From a virus, in the IMG/VR virus record IMGVR_UViG_3300020192_000010, positions 1-64,000 of that record: 64,000 nt of DNA, one strand, 5' to 3'. Below are positions 20,201-30,086 of this stretch, one piece after another (the first letter of the stretch is position 1; each line of letters opens with the position of its first letter). Below the pieces are notes generated by a model that worked only from the letters and a program-made list of their open reading frames with translations, searched no databases and had not been told where the DNA came from. Both the position numbers and the translations under genes were made by a program.

Positions 20201-23200
20201 ACAATATTTGGAACTTCAAACCCGTCAATAAAGAGATGTAATTCATCTTGTTCTCCTTTACTATTTAATATCCAAGAAGCGGCTACATGATGCGTTTGGT
20301 TTGCTTTCCAATCGCTAACATCTGCGCTTATTCGATATTGTTGCTTGTTTTTATCTATGACTCGTAGATTGAAATACCCGGCCGCATCCTTAAATATAGA
20401 TACGCGGTTCTTGTTTGATTCTCCGAAGTCTAGAACGTAGTGGTTGTAATCAGAAAGGAATGTTATTCCTTGCTGTGTTTGGGTTGTGGAAAATGCAATT
20501 CTACTTAGACCGCTAGAGATTGAGTCATATCCATCAGTTGCGTAGAGCAATCGAGCATCGAAAAACTCTCCGTCTGATGTGACATTGACTCTGTAAGAAG
20601 ACGTTCCTGTAGTATCTACAATATCAAGATACCAACGATAAAAAGATCCTGTGCCGGTAGCGTATCCGTCTGTTCCGTACCCATCTCTTTCAAGGTACAC
20701 GTATACACCATCTTTATGTTTATTTGGCCTTCCCAGTGGGGAGTGGGTATCCTTTTTGGAAACTGTAAAATAAGAGTTGCCAGAGGAGTCTACTTCATAA
20801 ATAGGGTGGTATTCTCCAGCTCCGAGGAAAATCTTTTGATTTGAAATGAAACTACCGCTCTCTCTAATTATGAAAGTTAGAGTCGAATCATTATCTAAAC
20901 CGTTCCAGCGTGGTGACAACCAAGATGAGAATGTTCCTTCCTCAAGTCGCAGGTTTGATGAAAGCGGCATCGTAACCGCTTGGCCCGAGTCCTTGATAAG
21001 TAGTCCGTTGCCAAACTTACCCTTCGAAGTCGTTGGCATACCCAACGCCTTGATGCCCTGTGGATAAAGATAGCTGTTTCCCAATGACCAGTTCTCAAAG
21101 ATGCTCTCTGAAATTTCTGGATCAATATGCGTTATCGTACTTACGATTCTCGTCATCGATGCGATCGTAGGGCCTTCGACGAATGAGGAGAGCGCTGCCA
21201 GAATTGCTTCACGGTAACGTTCGCGTTCAAAGTTTTCGTCAAATACTGTAAGTAGAGGGATATCGATAAGAGAAGCGAAGTTTTTCAAAAGCGCATCACG
21301 TAACGCGCCTACACGATACGTAACAAAATATTCATCTCCTTCAGATAATGCGGAAGACTCGCGAAAATCAATTTGATTGTCGCCATATTCATAACTGACG
21401 ATTATCTCGTCAGCCAGGTAAGTATAATCAATGTAGTACTCGCCGCGATCATAATCGACCACGACTCTAGAACTAGAAGCTATGCTGAATGTAACGGTAA
21501 CGGTAACATTATCTCCATTAACTGGAGAGTTTACTCCTGGTAGTTGTAGCCGTAATGGCTCGCCTAATGTGTAAATTCCTGACCCGCTCCAAAGTGAAGC
21601 AGAGTCTGTGACACGAACGACTTCGAAAGAAATTGATATGTTCGGCGATAGATAAGTTAGATCGACTCCGGCATTGACAAAGAAATCAGGACCGTCTTGC
21701 TCTACAATCTGTAGACTGGTAACAACTTTATCAGCTACATCGAGAGACTTGTCGTCGATCGTTGTCGCGTCAAAGAAGTTAACTGGTGCTGGGTTGTTAA
21801 TAAGATCTGTGTACTCAAACAACGAGCGAACCGCTTTGATGTTGTTGGTTACACCTGGCGTAAAGACAGCGTCGATGTATGCTCCGACAGCTCCGGAAAT
21901 TATAAAATATGGCGAAGTCGGGTCGCCACCCAAATAGCGTTCATTGGCCAATTCAAATGCAGCAGGGATAACATATCCATCGGCATACGAAATGAAAGCA
22001 AATGTCTTATCTTTCGGCTGAAGAAGATTACGTCTAAAATAGATGTCGATTGGCGTAACGATGTGCGGATTCTCTAGAGAGATATACGAACGTTTATACG
22101 ACACTGTTCCGATATCGTAGTCTTGTGTAGAAGATACAGCGACGTAAATAACGCCATCAACATAATCTATTTGATAATCTCCAACAACCATTCGGTCAAT
22201 GTTGGCTTGTACCGATACGGTATCTTCAAAATACAGTTCAGTGCCAAAAATGTTGGCATTGGACAATATGGCGCTGGTGTTAAACGATGTACCGATACAG
22301 TCCTCTGTACCGCTTATGATGTTACTGCTCTCAAGTTCTATCTGGAAAACGCGCACTGAACTGGTGCTAGTAAGCTCTTGGCCAACGAAAAGAAGCTCAT
22401 TCAAAACTGATTCAAATGTAACGCGCTCTCCATTAAGCGTTTCGATATTAGGCTCTGTAGTGAACGTAAAATAAACCTTATCGTCTGACCACCTGGTTGG
22501 AGTGTATACCTGACCCTGTGTTTCGTTGTAGATTCGGAAAACGTTTGTGACGGGAGAATTTTGAACCCTTAGCGCGTTAAGGCTTGGAATGATTCCGTTA
22601 CCGATACGTTCGGTAAGAACTTCTTTGTGGATATCGGCCTTGTAATCGATTCCCGGTACCATTACATCTTGGTAGTCGAAACTGATCGTTGCAGAATTAT
22701 CGATCAACTCACGATTAGGAAGCGCGACGATATCTCCTTCATCCGAATCGTAAACGTAATCGATTAGGGGTTGGAAAGAGTGTTCGTACGTGTACGTTGC
22801 CAGAGCCGGATAGGCTCCGGTACCATCGTTCGCTGATGAGTCTCCGAAAACGTATACTGTGCCGGACTCGTAATCGATCGAGTACTCTCCGATTCGTGTT
22901 GGCAATGCCTCGAAAGAGAATGGTAATTCTGTGGCGAAAGCCTCGTGCGTTCCGGATAGAGCCGGACTTGAATTTGGATCTTGGAACTCTACGCCGCCGC
23001 TCGTTGCAAGTTCACCAGTGCTGTCGATGATAGGAAAATGTTTTAGGTTGAAAATGTTGTTAAGAGGAGCGATGACCTCTCTGGGAACATCCACACTCTT
23101 GGTTACGGTAACGCTGTTAGGACTCACTATTCGTCCAAGATTTTTGTACTTGTAAGTGATTAGCACGCTTGAGAGATTGTTGAGTGAGAATACAGGATCG

Positions 23201-24135
23201 GCCAGTACCTTCTCGCTAAGGCGCATCTGATTGTCTTCAAGCGTGAGATATTTGAATCCATAATCCAGGTCGTAACGCTCGTCCTTGATTTGGTATCCAT
23301 ACTGAGTGATGTCGTACTCAAAGTACGATAAGCCGTTTGACAACAGTGATGTATAGAAGAATACAACTTTGTCCAGTTCGATTGCGTTATTATTTGCTAC
23401 GTTTAACGTAAGGGAGTTTATGTTGAAATACCCAACCGTATCGGAAGATGATATGAGTAATCTTTCGTCAGCTTCTGTTATTTGACGCAAGCTTACAAGA
23501 TAAGACGGAAAGCTGCTAACTTCGATCGAAGTCGATGCAGAATAACCTGTTGTATTTTTTGCAACGCGAAGAACCTCGTAAACGCCCTCTTCGCGAAGCC
23601 GATCAAATGCTCCTGGCCCGCGTACCTTTGCTTCATCAACGATTGATTTTGAAAGATAGTTTTCGTTCTTTAGTTGGCGAACATCGTAAAGAGACTTTGC
23701 AATATACGCAGAGAAAAGTTTTACAGTATCGTTGACGAGCGTTCCGTCTTCCAAATCATAAACGTTGTCGTGAAGGAACTGCTTTAGATTTGTCAGCACC
23801 TTATTGGAAGAGTCTTCTGGCCCCAGAAGAAGATAGCTATTGATTCTTCCGTCCTCGATGAGGAAGCTTGTTGAGTTTAGATTTTTGAATCTAACTAAAT
23901 CCGAAGAAACGAATTCGATCGTGTACGCTGCTAATGGCGTAAGCGGCTGAGTAAACAACGTGAACACATTGTCTACAACCTTTACGGAAAGAACAACTGG
24001 CGCCGGAACATTCTGACCTTCAGATGTAATAGTAACGTTATCAATTGCTAGGTCAAGGACGAGGTCATCCGTAAATGTAGCAACTATTTCAGTGCTAGAT
24101 CTCGCCTTGACGGAAACAATTCTCAAATTCGCCAT
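17230..24135 (-). CDS. Giant baseplate wedge-associated protein with LamG/ConA-like domains
   Basis: 2301 aa following baseplate J; EGTFSSW...HHVAASW...LFIDG and EGSIEFW...WHRV...IDNLRIS LamG-type motifs. Confidence 0.7.
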   Translation of the reverse strand: MANLRIVSVKARSSTEIVATFTDDLVLDLAIDNVTITSEGQNVPAPVVLSVKVVDNVFTLFTQPLTPLAAYTIEFVSSDLVRFKNLNSTSFLIEDGRINSYLLLGPEDSSNKVLTNLKQFLHDNVYDLEDGTLVNDTVKLFSAYIAKSLYDVRQLKNENYLSKSIVDEAKVRGPGAFDRLREEGVYEVLRVAKNTTGYSASTSIEVSSFPSYLVSLRQITEADERLLISSSDTVGYFNINSLTLNVANNNAIELDKVVFFYTSLLSNGLSYFEYDITQYGYQIKDERYDLDYGFKYLTLEDNQMRLSEKVLADPVFSLNNLSSVLITYKYKNLGRIVSPNSVTVTKSVDVPREVIAPLNNIFNLKHFPIIDSTGELATSGGVEFQDPNSSPALSGTHEAFATELPFSFEALPTRIGEYSIDYESGTVYVFGDSSANDGTGAYPALATYTYEHSFQPLIDYVYDSDEGDIVALPNRELIDNSATISFDYQDVMVPGIDYKADIHKEVLTERIGNGIIPSLNALRVQNSPVTNVFRIYNETQGQVYTPTRWSDDKVYFTFTTEPNIETLNGERVTFESVLNELLFVGQELTSTSSVRVFQIELESSNIISGTEDCIGTSFNTSAILSNANIFGTELYFEDTVSVQANIDRMVVGDYQIDYVDGVIYVAVSSTQDYDIGTVSYKRSYISLENPHIVTPIDIYFRRNLLQPKDKTFAFISYADGYVIPAAFELANERYLGGDPTSPYFIISGAVGAYIDAVFTPGVTNNIKAVRSLFEYTDLINNPAPVNFFDATTIDDKSLDVADKVVTSLQIVEQDGPDFFVNAGVDLTYLSPNISISFEVVRVTDSASLWSGSGIYTLGEPLRLQLPGVNSPVNGDNVTVTVTFSIASSSRVVVDYDRGEYYIDYTYLADEIIVSYEYGDNQIDFRESSALSEGDEYFVTYRVGALRDALLKNFASLIDIPLLTVFDENFERERYREAILAALSSFVEGPTIASMTRIVSTITHIDPEISESIFENWSLGNSYLYPQGIKALGMPTTSKGKFGNGLLIKDSGQAVTMPLSSNLRLEEGTFSSWLSPRWNGLDNDSTLTFIIRESGSFISNQKIFLGAGEYHPIYEVDSSGNSYFTVSKKDTHSPLGRPNKHKDGVYVYLERDGYGTDGYATGTGSFYRWYLDIVDTTGTSSYRVNVTSDGEFFDARLLYATDGYDSISSGLSRIAFSTTQTQQGITFLSDYNHYVLDFGESNKNRVSIFKDAAGYFNLRVIDKNKQQYRISADVSDWKANQTHHVAASWILNSKGEQDELHLFIDGFEVPNIVRYGQGFPLFYGQKFRTINPEEIVSLITRPIVAGIDLVTTAGDTTVTAVMNFGAAGVLAGDTIFIDESGFDENGYTVSSVSGNDLVLATAMPLSITEGNFSVNKTELPVSTRVDIFPNTAVYLIHPIYTAADGNVVATSNVLTSASTDFDVLGVAVGNLVRIETSPELHFVVTAVSGSSVTLNQAPTATGPGLTFYVYNDEETEIPGTRALLPYYEIDKDNNNNNNIIILRNGAEVGDLVRIKTFGSNFKSTNQTYYAWGSASNVMHTRLPAPVSLDEIRIRKVILPTVALGQNPATDGYSAFDGTLLTYTKTTDISQPVLSDWGRTLEVNISGVNIDFSTSPTISFIGTDGYGAVSETLTFTAVGKQYTTQRYQTITSIIAVVQPIDSAKTGMTIGIKEKEIITESEDSDQVATIQFSYQVKWGSTLTGNGFTITDVNGHFSSIDVGNYVHVFSGPGAGYYKIDSVSSDHLSVTIATAVPTFTDTIYEVLNTTTSRSGLQNGVFYFENLNVPGEVYNLTSGLYEIVYATYLSAKFDPIKGSVYLGSDIDLINQANSVIDEVHIESQMLTDTRTGEVADTVTGSITSEYNALRRISPKTTSLVLLHLEDGDVENSADFYVSAQHAYLQSGKSVNTNFDKSVIIKDRGIKLDNLGLLNTRKEGSIEFWASPLLDTANDPKYRFYFDASGNVSETVTSTNRSMLSVSGNVSQVVSVRLANGDLGKNYFGVGTIDTDRKTLNLQYALPYQNTPVIVSYIPTGLNGDRVSIYKDPYGYLTFNMRANGTDYQIRCPIFWTKDSWHRVKVTYKINGGRRLDEIRLFVDGFERGNVLFGSGLLFGQNLVFGSSFVGEGNIITTIRFVDMINELHIGSDYNGNYLANCLIDNLRISDVSRPAYTAFGEPIDVAYNANTETAYPVTEDLYTTYLLDFDSLRTLNTDFALLKNKNSGIFDFSINVIDSFGILQSVKVKEVLETLIRTLKPANSRVTIEYE

Positions 24136-27100
24136 TATCTACCTTCAGGTGTAATCTCGATCGTGTTTGCAACAAAATACTCATTCTTTTGTGCAATGAT
24201 ACTTAGTACCTGTCCTAGTTCTTGATCTAGGTTGAATGCCAGAACACGAACGCGGTCTACTCCGGTAACACCCTGGGCTACAGCTGCAAGGTCAGATGAG
24301 TCGATCGTATCTCCAAGTATATTCGTATTTATCGCCGCTGTAACTCTGTCCTTAACGTTCTGTAGAACGACATTTGTTGATGCTGTAAATTCAGATTTAA
24401 CAACTATTGCAAGAGAGAAGTTAACCTTAAGTTGGGTTGCCTCTTTAAGAAGAACGTCAGCGCTTATTGGTCTGGTTGGCTCAAGCGTTAACGTTGCGTC
24501 AGATATCAGTTTATTGTAATTATATCTGATGATTATGCGTTCGTTAGGTTTTGGAGCTAGGTAATCGTAAAAAGTTTTATAACGTGAACCAGTTATAGGT
24601 TGATTTGTTGCCGCAAAAGCTATTCTTCCAGAAGACACCGTATTAAACCCACTGGAAACATAAATCTTATCGATTACTGAGAAAAACTTATTGCCGTAAA
24701 CGGTACCGTTACGTGAGAATATCATATCCTCTGTGTCAGATGGCGTTGCATAATAAAACGTAATGCGTAGTTGATCACCAATGTTTGGTTCTTCTGCGAT
24801 ATTATCTACCGTCGAAGGCATTGTAAAATCCAAATCGGTAAGACTCAAGTCTTCAATCATTTCGCTTGAAAAGAATTCTGCATTCTTAAGGCGCGTGCGC
24901 GATACATCGTATGTTGCGTCAACTGATACTACTTCTCCATCTGTAACCGATACTTTTTCCAGCTTTACAACTCGTATAAGCTGTAGGCCGGTAGGCAGGG
25001 TATCCGTTGATAGAAGTCCGCTTGACTTTCGAATTGCTTCAGAAACGTTCTGAACAAATCCAGTATTAATAGCCGTAAACACAATCGATGACGCCTTAGA
25101 GACGGATGTCCCCGCTACTGTGATGATGCCTTCATTCGCAGATTGATCTGTAAGCGTTGCTGCAATTCTGGTAAACGACTGACGAAGGCTCTCTGTCTTA
25201 TAGTAGATTACAAATACTTTTTCGCCTCCAGAAAGTAGATCTTCAAGATCGCTTGAGAACTCTATCGTTCCATCAGTGGCGCTGACAACCATGCTGTCGT
25301 CTGACAGCTCTAGACCGTCAGCAATTTTGAAAACCGCTATGTTATTCACGCTGATGTTTTCAGGAATGGTCAATCCAGTCAGAGAAAAATCACCATGGAC
25401 ATCCAATACAGTTGTACTTATTTCACTGTCTACTACGGTAGGCTTGAACGTCATCGGTTGAGTACGAACAATATCGTCTGAAAAATAAAAGATGATTACA
25501 TTATCGCCAGTAACTGGTGTGCCGGTACTCAGATTCAATAGGTATTGATTGTCGACATCGATCGTTACGGTTCCGTATCCGTCCCAAAGTGGCACCCCAT
25601 CAGATAGTCTAATGACGTTTACGACAGAGCTGGCTGTGACAACAAACTCTTGGCTCGAAATAGGAAGCTTAACAGACGTGGTTGCTACCGTTGCGAATTC
25701 CTTACGCAGAGTAAACGCCGGATTGTTTAGCTTGGTATTTACCAATGAACTTCTTGCATATCCGTTACCGCTACGAACCATAGGGATATCGGTAAGATTT
25801 ACAGAGAAGAAATTTTGAACGTTGGCGATGTAATCTACTCGGCTTGTGAAGCTTGTTGGCGCTCCGCTTACATTTCCAACCTGAATCGTTATTTGATTAG
25901 ACGTAAAGTTACCAGAAGTGCCAGAAATTGTGTAAACGTCGTCTTGGTCGAATATGACAGATACCGATTCTCCTTCAACGGCAGTTGTATCGGTTGGTAA
26001 TATGATTGTGCAAGTATAACGAAGTAGTATTCCAGCAATTACTTTGACGCTTACAAATACTCCATCAGCCTCGGCTGTATCGTATATTTCTTTGCTGGTA
26101 TTCTTAATCTTGATGCTGTCGATTGTGGTTGGCGGAGCCAGTAGGTCTTCAACCACTACGGCGAGACGACCAACGTAGACGCCGGTTGCATTCGTTACAG
26201 CGCTCTCTGCTTCTTCGAATACTTTGCACTTGATAACAGACGAGATTGGATGTATGACGGTTCCGTCATAATATGTAGACGCTACGTTTTTTGTAAACGT
26301 AATCGTTTCATTACGAATAGCATTGGAATATCCCCAATCGATACTGTCTTGTACAGTACGTGGGTTGTTATCCAGAAAACGTCCGTCATAATCTACGAAC
26401 GGATCGTAATCGATTATCCATGTGTAGTCTACTTGAAGTACATCACTAGGCGAAGGTAGCGTGTTTCCAGTAATTGATATACGCCCTGTCAGGTTTACAG
26501 TTCCGGTACCATCTGGATTCTGATTCGTAACAGTGTAACGTTCTCCTGTGGATAGATTGAAAATACGAGTAACGTTAGTTGCCGGAACATGATTCAATTG
26601 AATCGTAGACGGATCCAGAATTGGATTACCAGCAGCGTCTTCATCAACAACGCCAGCCGAAGTAAGCTTGCTTGCGATATTGCTGTTCTCATTTTGAATA
26701 GAAAGATTTTGCTCGTTTACAGAAATATCTATTACGTCTGTGAAAGCCGAGTTATCTTGGCCGTTGTAGCGTCCCTTGATCTTATCCTCTGGGAATTGAG
26801 AGATACGATCATTGACCCATCGGAAGGTATCGAATCCCCAAGGAGAGCCTGCGTATACCCCGGTGTCTTTTAACAGTTCGTAGTTTCCGGTTACGCGGCC
26901 TAGAGCGTCAACGCTCTTTGGTATGAAATTGCTTCCACTAAGCGAGCCGGTAACCTCTATGATTTCCTGTACCGGTTGAGCTGGCAGTACCTTCGCTTTC
27001 AAATTGTCTAAACGTTTACGGCTAACCGTTTTATTTTCATCACCAGCGATCTGACCTAATGTAAAGTTGTTCTTTACATCGGTTGGGTCGTTGTGATTGG

Positions 27101-27980
27101 AAGCATCTCGATAAATAAAGGTATCGATAAATTCAGATACGCGTGAGCCAAGGATGATGACGTCAACTTTGCCCCCATTGCCCTCTGAAATGACCGAGAA
27201 CGAACGATCAGGGTTCTGTATGACCTGAGTACCGTCGCGAGTCATGAGTGGGTCGCCCGGCTCGATAACTAACGCGTCGATAACTGAAGAGTCAGCCAGG
27301 ACGCCGTTTTTGTAGCCAAGGGCTGTGCCCACATTTGAACCGCTGAAGACTGCAAGCACACGGTTACGGAAGGCGTCGTCGTCTTCCTGATTAGAACCGC
27401 CTGAGAATGGGAATACGTTCGTGACGTTCGACACGCCAGCAATACTGGTTCGAGTAAGTCCGAATTTAGAGATGTTGCCAATAACGCCAGCAGTCGATGC
27501 TATTACGGCAACCTCTACTGCGTATTGATCTGTGATTCCTAAGAAGTCTAGGTCGCTACGATAGCGAGTAGCTACTGAACGATAAGAGTTTATCGATGCG
27601 GTGTTGACAGAAACTCCATTCATAACCGTGAACGTGAGCCCGTTCGAACCGATAATAGAAGAGTTCTTGTTAACCGCGATATTAGTTGGAATGGATGCGA
27701 ACGTAAGTAATGCTACACCGGTAGATTTACCGGCTGACTTGCGTATGATACCATAGTTTTGAGCATAGTTATCCAAATCTGATCCGACGCTAAAACGAAG
27801 GGATTGTAGATCCGATACCTTCGAAATCTCATCGTAAATAAGAGATAGCTGACTGGCTGGGGCCTCGACAAATAAATCTCTAGAGACAGTGCCATGCTTG
27901 GTGTCTAGGCCCGGTTGCTTGACTCGAAGGAAATCGATCAAGCTGAGAATTATTTCATTTGCTGAGCGTATTGTTACCAT
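24135..27980 (-). CDS. Baseplate J/gp6-like wedge protein with large insertion
   Basis: LDNYAQNYGI.R, GGSNQEDDDAFRNR and C-terminal GVTGVDRV. Confidence 0.85.
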   Translation of the reverse strand: MVTIRSANEIILSLIDFLRVKQPGLDTKHGTVSRDLFVEAPASQLSLIYDEISKVSDLQSLRFSVGSDLDNYAQNYGIIRKSAGKSTGVALLTFASIPTNIAVNKNSSIIGSNGLTFTVMNGVSVNTASINSYRSVATRYRSDLDFLGITDQYAVEVAVIASTAGVIGNISKFGLTRTSIAGVSNVTNVFPFSGGSNQEDDDAFRNRVLAVFSGSNVGTALGYKNGVLADSSVIDALVIEPGDPLMTRDGTQVIQNPDRSFSVISEGNGGKVDVIILGSRVSEFIDTFIYRDASNHNDPTDVKNNFTLGQIAGDENKTVSRKRLDNLKAKVLPAQPVQEIIEVTGSLSGSNFIPKSVDALGRVTGNYELLKDTGVYAGSPWGFDTFRWVNDRISQFPEDKIKGRYNGQDNSAFTDVIDISVNEQNLSIQNENSNIASKLTSAGVVDEDAAGNPILDPSTIQLNHVPATNVTRIFNLSTGERYTVTNQNPDGTGTVNLTGRISITGNTLPSPSDVLQVDYTWIIDYDPFVDYDGRFLDNNPRTVQDSIDWGYSNAIRNETITFTKNVASTYYDGTVIHPISSVIKCKVFEEAESAVTNATGVYVGRLAVVVEDLLAPPTTIDSIKIKNTSKEIYDTAEADGVFVSVKVIAGILLRYTCTIILPTDTTAVEGESVSVIFDQDDVYTISGTSGNFTSNQITIQVGNVSGAPTSFTSRVDYIANVQNFFSVNLTDIPMVRSGNGYARSSLVNTKLNNPAFTLRKEFATVATTSVKLPISSQEFVVTASSVVNVIRLSDGVPLWDGYGTVTIDVDNQYLLNLSTGTPVTGDNVIIFYFSDDIVRTQPMTFKPTVVDSEISTTVLDVHGDFSLTGLTIPENISVNNIAVFKIADGLELSDDSMVVSATDGTIEFSSDLEDLLSGGEKVFVIYYKTESLRQSFTRIAATLTDQSANEGIITVAGTSVSKASSIVFTAINTGFVQNVSEAIRKSSGLLSTDTLPTGLQLIRVVKLEKVSVTDGEVVSVDATYDVSRTRLKNAEFFSSEMIEDLSLTDLDFTMPSTVDNIAEEPNIGDQLRITFYYATPSDTEDMIFSRNGTVYGNKFFSVIDKIYVSSGFNTVSSGRIAFAATNQPITGSRYKTFYDYLAPKPNERIIIRYNYNKLISDATLTLEPTRPISADVLLKEATQLKVNFSLAIVVKSEFTASTNVVLQNVKDRVTAAINTNILGDTIDSSDLAAVAQGVTGVDRVRVLAFNLDQELGQVLSIIAQKNEYFVANTIEITPEGR

Positions 27981-27992
27981 AAGGGCTCCGCA

Positions 27993-28424
27993 TTAAAGCG
28001 TTGTTACCGTAAAAGACGTGTCCACTTTTTTGAAAGCCTTAGTAAGCACTTTAATCTTTACTTCAAAAAGCCTTGGATCTAAACCATTTCTTTGAACGGA
28101 TATATCGAGAATGGCTGCTAATTGCTCCGTCGCCACCATCGGCTGACGCAACTCCACTTGCTTAATTTGCAACTGCTGAAGCGTAGTAAGCGCTAACTGT
28201 AGTTGGCTTTCGGCGGCATTTATAATAATTCGATCCTCTAGGTATGCTCCAATGAGGGTTTTAGAAATGATCGAGCCATACCACGGGGCATATGGATTTG
28301 ACCCCGCGTTAGTAATGGCGATTTTAAGAATATCCTGAACTAGCTTTTCGCTACCCGTAATAGTCTCTAAGTCGCCATTCTTAATAGATAAATCGCCATT
28401 CTTGAGTCTTAAATCGAAAGACAT
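27993..28424 (-). CDS. Baseplate gp25/W-like protein
   Basis: 143 aa with KLVQDILK...GSNPYAPWYGS; directly upstream of baseplate J. Confidence 0.75.
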   Translation of the reverse strand: MSFDLRLKNGDLSIKNGDLETITGSEKLVQDILKIAITNAGSNPYAPWYGSIISKTLIGAYLEDRIIINAAESQLQLALTTLQQLQIKQVELRQPMVATEQLAAILDISVQRNGLDPRLFEVKIKVLTKAFKKVDTSFTVTTL

Positions 28425-28463
28425 CGATGCCCTTTTGTTTGTAGAACTACTCTACATGCCAGT

Positions 28464-30083
28464 TTAGCCGTTACTGGTCTTAGCCTTTATGAGCCCATCG
28501 ATTTTATTAAACATTTCCCTGACTTTAGTCTGAAATTTGGTGGCCGTGACGAGCGGGTCCTGGGAAAGGCCCTCTAATCTCAATACAACCTCTCCAGACT
28601 GGAGGGCAGGAATCTCTTTAATTCGTAACATGGCGTCGTCATCAAACATATTTACTAACGATGTTTTATCCAAAGTCCATAGCGCAGCATAAATGGCGTA
28701 CATATCTATAAGACCAAGGCCACTGGTGTCACCCAACAGCACGGCTATCGTACGCAAAGCTTTATTTGCCTTATTCGAAAGCTGTTCACGAGTTGTTTTT
28801 AATGTATTGATTCTTTCAGTGATGCCTGTCGGTACATTGTTCATAACTGAACCGAACGTTAAATCATTGATGAAATTGAAACCAGAAGACCCATCAGTAG
28901 CGCCTAGGTCATCCTTCAAAACGTTTATTTCATTTTCGGCTATTGCTTGTAGATCAGTAAGCCGGTCAATCTCTCTATCCATATCCATTCCAGCTTCATT
29001 TTGTGGAACAAATTCACTAGAGGTAACTCCTACTTCCATTCCTAATCGATTAGGTACCGGAGCCCAATATATCTTGGATTCAACGCTATCAATCACCTGA
29101 ATAGCATCAAACAGCGCATCCACCATTACTTTGAAGAATTTCTGAATGTTGGTAAAGATGAAAGCGTCAGATCGATAATACTTTGTAATATCGCCAGCGA
29201 GTTCGATCAATCGTTTATCTTTTGTATTTCCGTTATCTTTTTTGATCTGATCAACAATCTTTACTAGATCAGGGGCATCAGAATCTTTGTTACGTGCAGC
29301 CAGCCTGACTCTGGCCACCACCTCAAGCAACGGCACCTTATATGTCGTAGCTACGCCGTTACCTCTGGTAACTAATTTTCTATTCTTGATAGGTAAGAAC
29401 GGAACAGCAATCCTATTGCGAGCAGGAAAAATCAAAAAATCTGTCCGAGGGTCAGGCATGAATGGCTTCAAAATGTGTGCCATATTGGCGCCAGAGTATA
29501 TGAAATTTTCTGTTTGATGCTGATCATTGACTCGTTTTTTGAACGGAAACGATTGCGCTTCTACAGCCAACGGGTCATTTTCTTCGATAAGAGTAGAAAT
29601 TGGTCTGATGTATTTTACAGAATAAGCCAGTTTAGATGCGGCTTCATCCTGCTTTGCAAAGATTTCCAACTGAGACTTTGGAAATCTTTCGCGCTCGGTG
29701 AACTTCAATTGAAGCGGATTAATGCTAAGCAAAGCGTTTGCAACGCTGTAACGACGTTCAGTCACGACATCGCTTGACTGGTCGGGACGATAACCTGGGT
29801 TGTACATTCCTTTTGAAGAAAATATTGGTAGGCCCAGTCGTCTGTAAAAGGCATTACAACGACTCTCTTGCGGGATGTTATTTGAGTTTACCTTATTGTC
29901 TCCCTGAACGATTCCGTTTATAGTTTCGCTGTTCAGTATCGTTAGATTAACTTGATCTGGAGTTATGTAACGACTTCTAACTTCATCTATAGAGCTGATG
30001 AAATTGTTGTATACCTGTTCAATATCCACAACGACGTTGTCGGAAAATAAATCGAACTCATTGTCGTCGTTATCGCCAGCCAT
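28464..30083 (-). CDS. Hypothetical virion protein
   Basis: 539-aa helical protein in the tail/baseplate operon. Confidence 0.65.
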   Translation of the reverse strand: MAGDNDDNEFDLFSDNVVVDIEQVYNNFISSIDEVRSRYITPDQVNLTILNSETINGIVQGDNKVNSNNIPQESRCNAFYRRLGLPIFSSKGMYNPGYRPDQSSDVVTERRYSVANALLSINPLQLKFTERERFPKSQLEIFAKQDEAASKLAYSVKYIRPISTLIEENDPLAVEAQSFPFKKRVNDQHQTENFIYSGANMAHILKPFMPDPRTDFLIFPARNRIAVPFLPIKNRKLVTRGNGVATTYKVPLLEVVARVRLAARNKDSDAPDLVKIVDQIKKDNGNTKDKRLIELAGDITKYYRSDAFIFTNIQKFFKVMVDALFDAIQVIDSVESKIYWAPVPNRLGMEVGVTSSEFVPQNEAGMDMDREIDRLTDLQAIAENEINVLKDDLGATDGSSGFNFINDLTFGSVMNNVPTGITERINTLKTTREQLSNKANKALRTIAVLLGDTSGLGLIDMYAIYAALWTLDKTSLVNMFDDDAMLRIKEIPALQSGEVVLRLEGLSQDPLVTATKFQTKVREMFNKIDGLIKAKTSNG

Positions 30084-30086
30084 TGA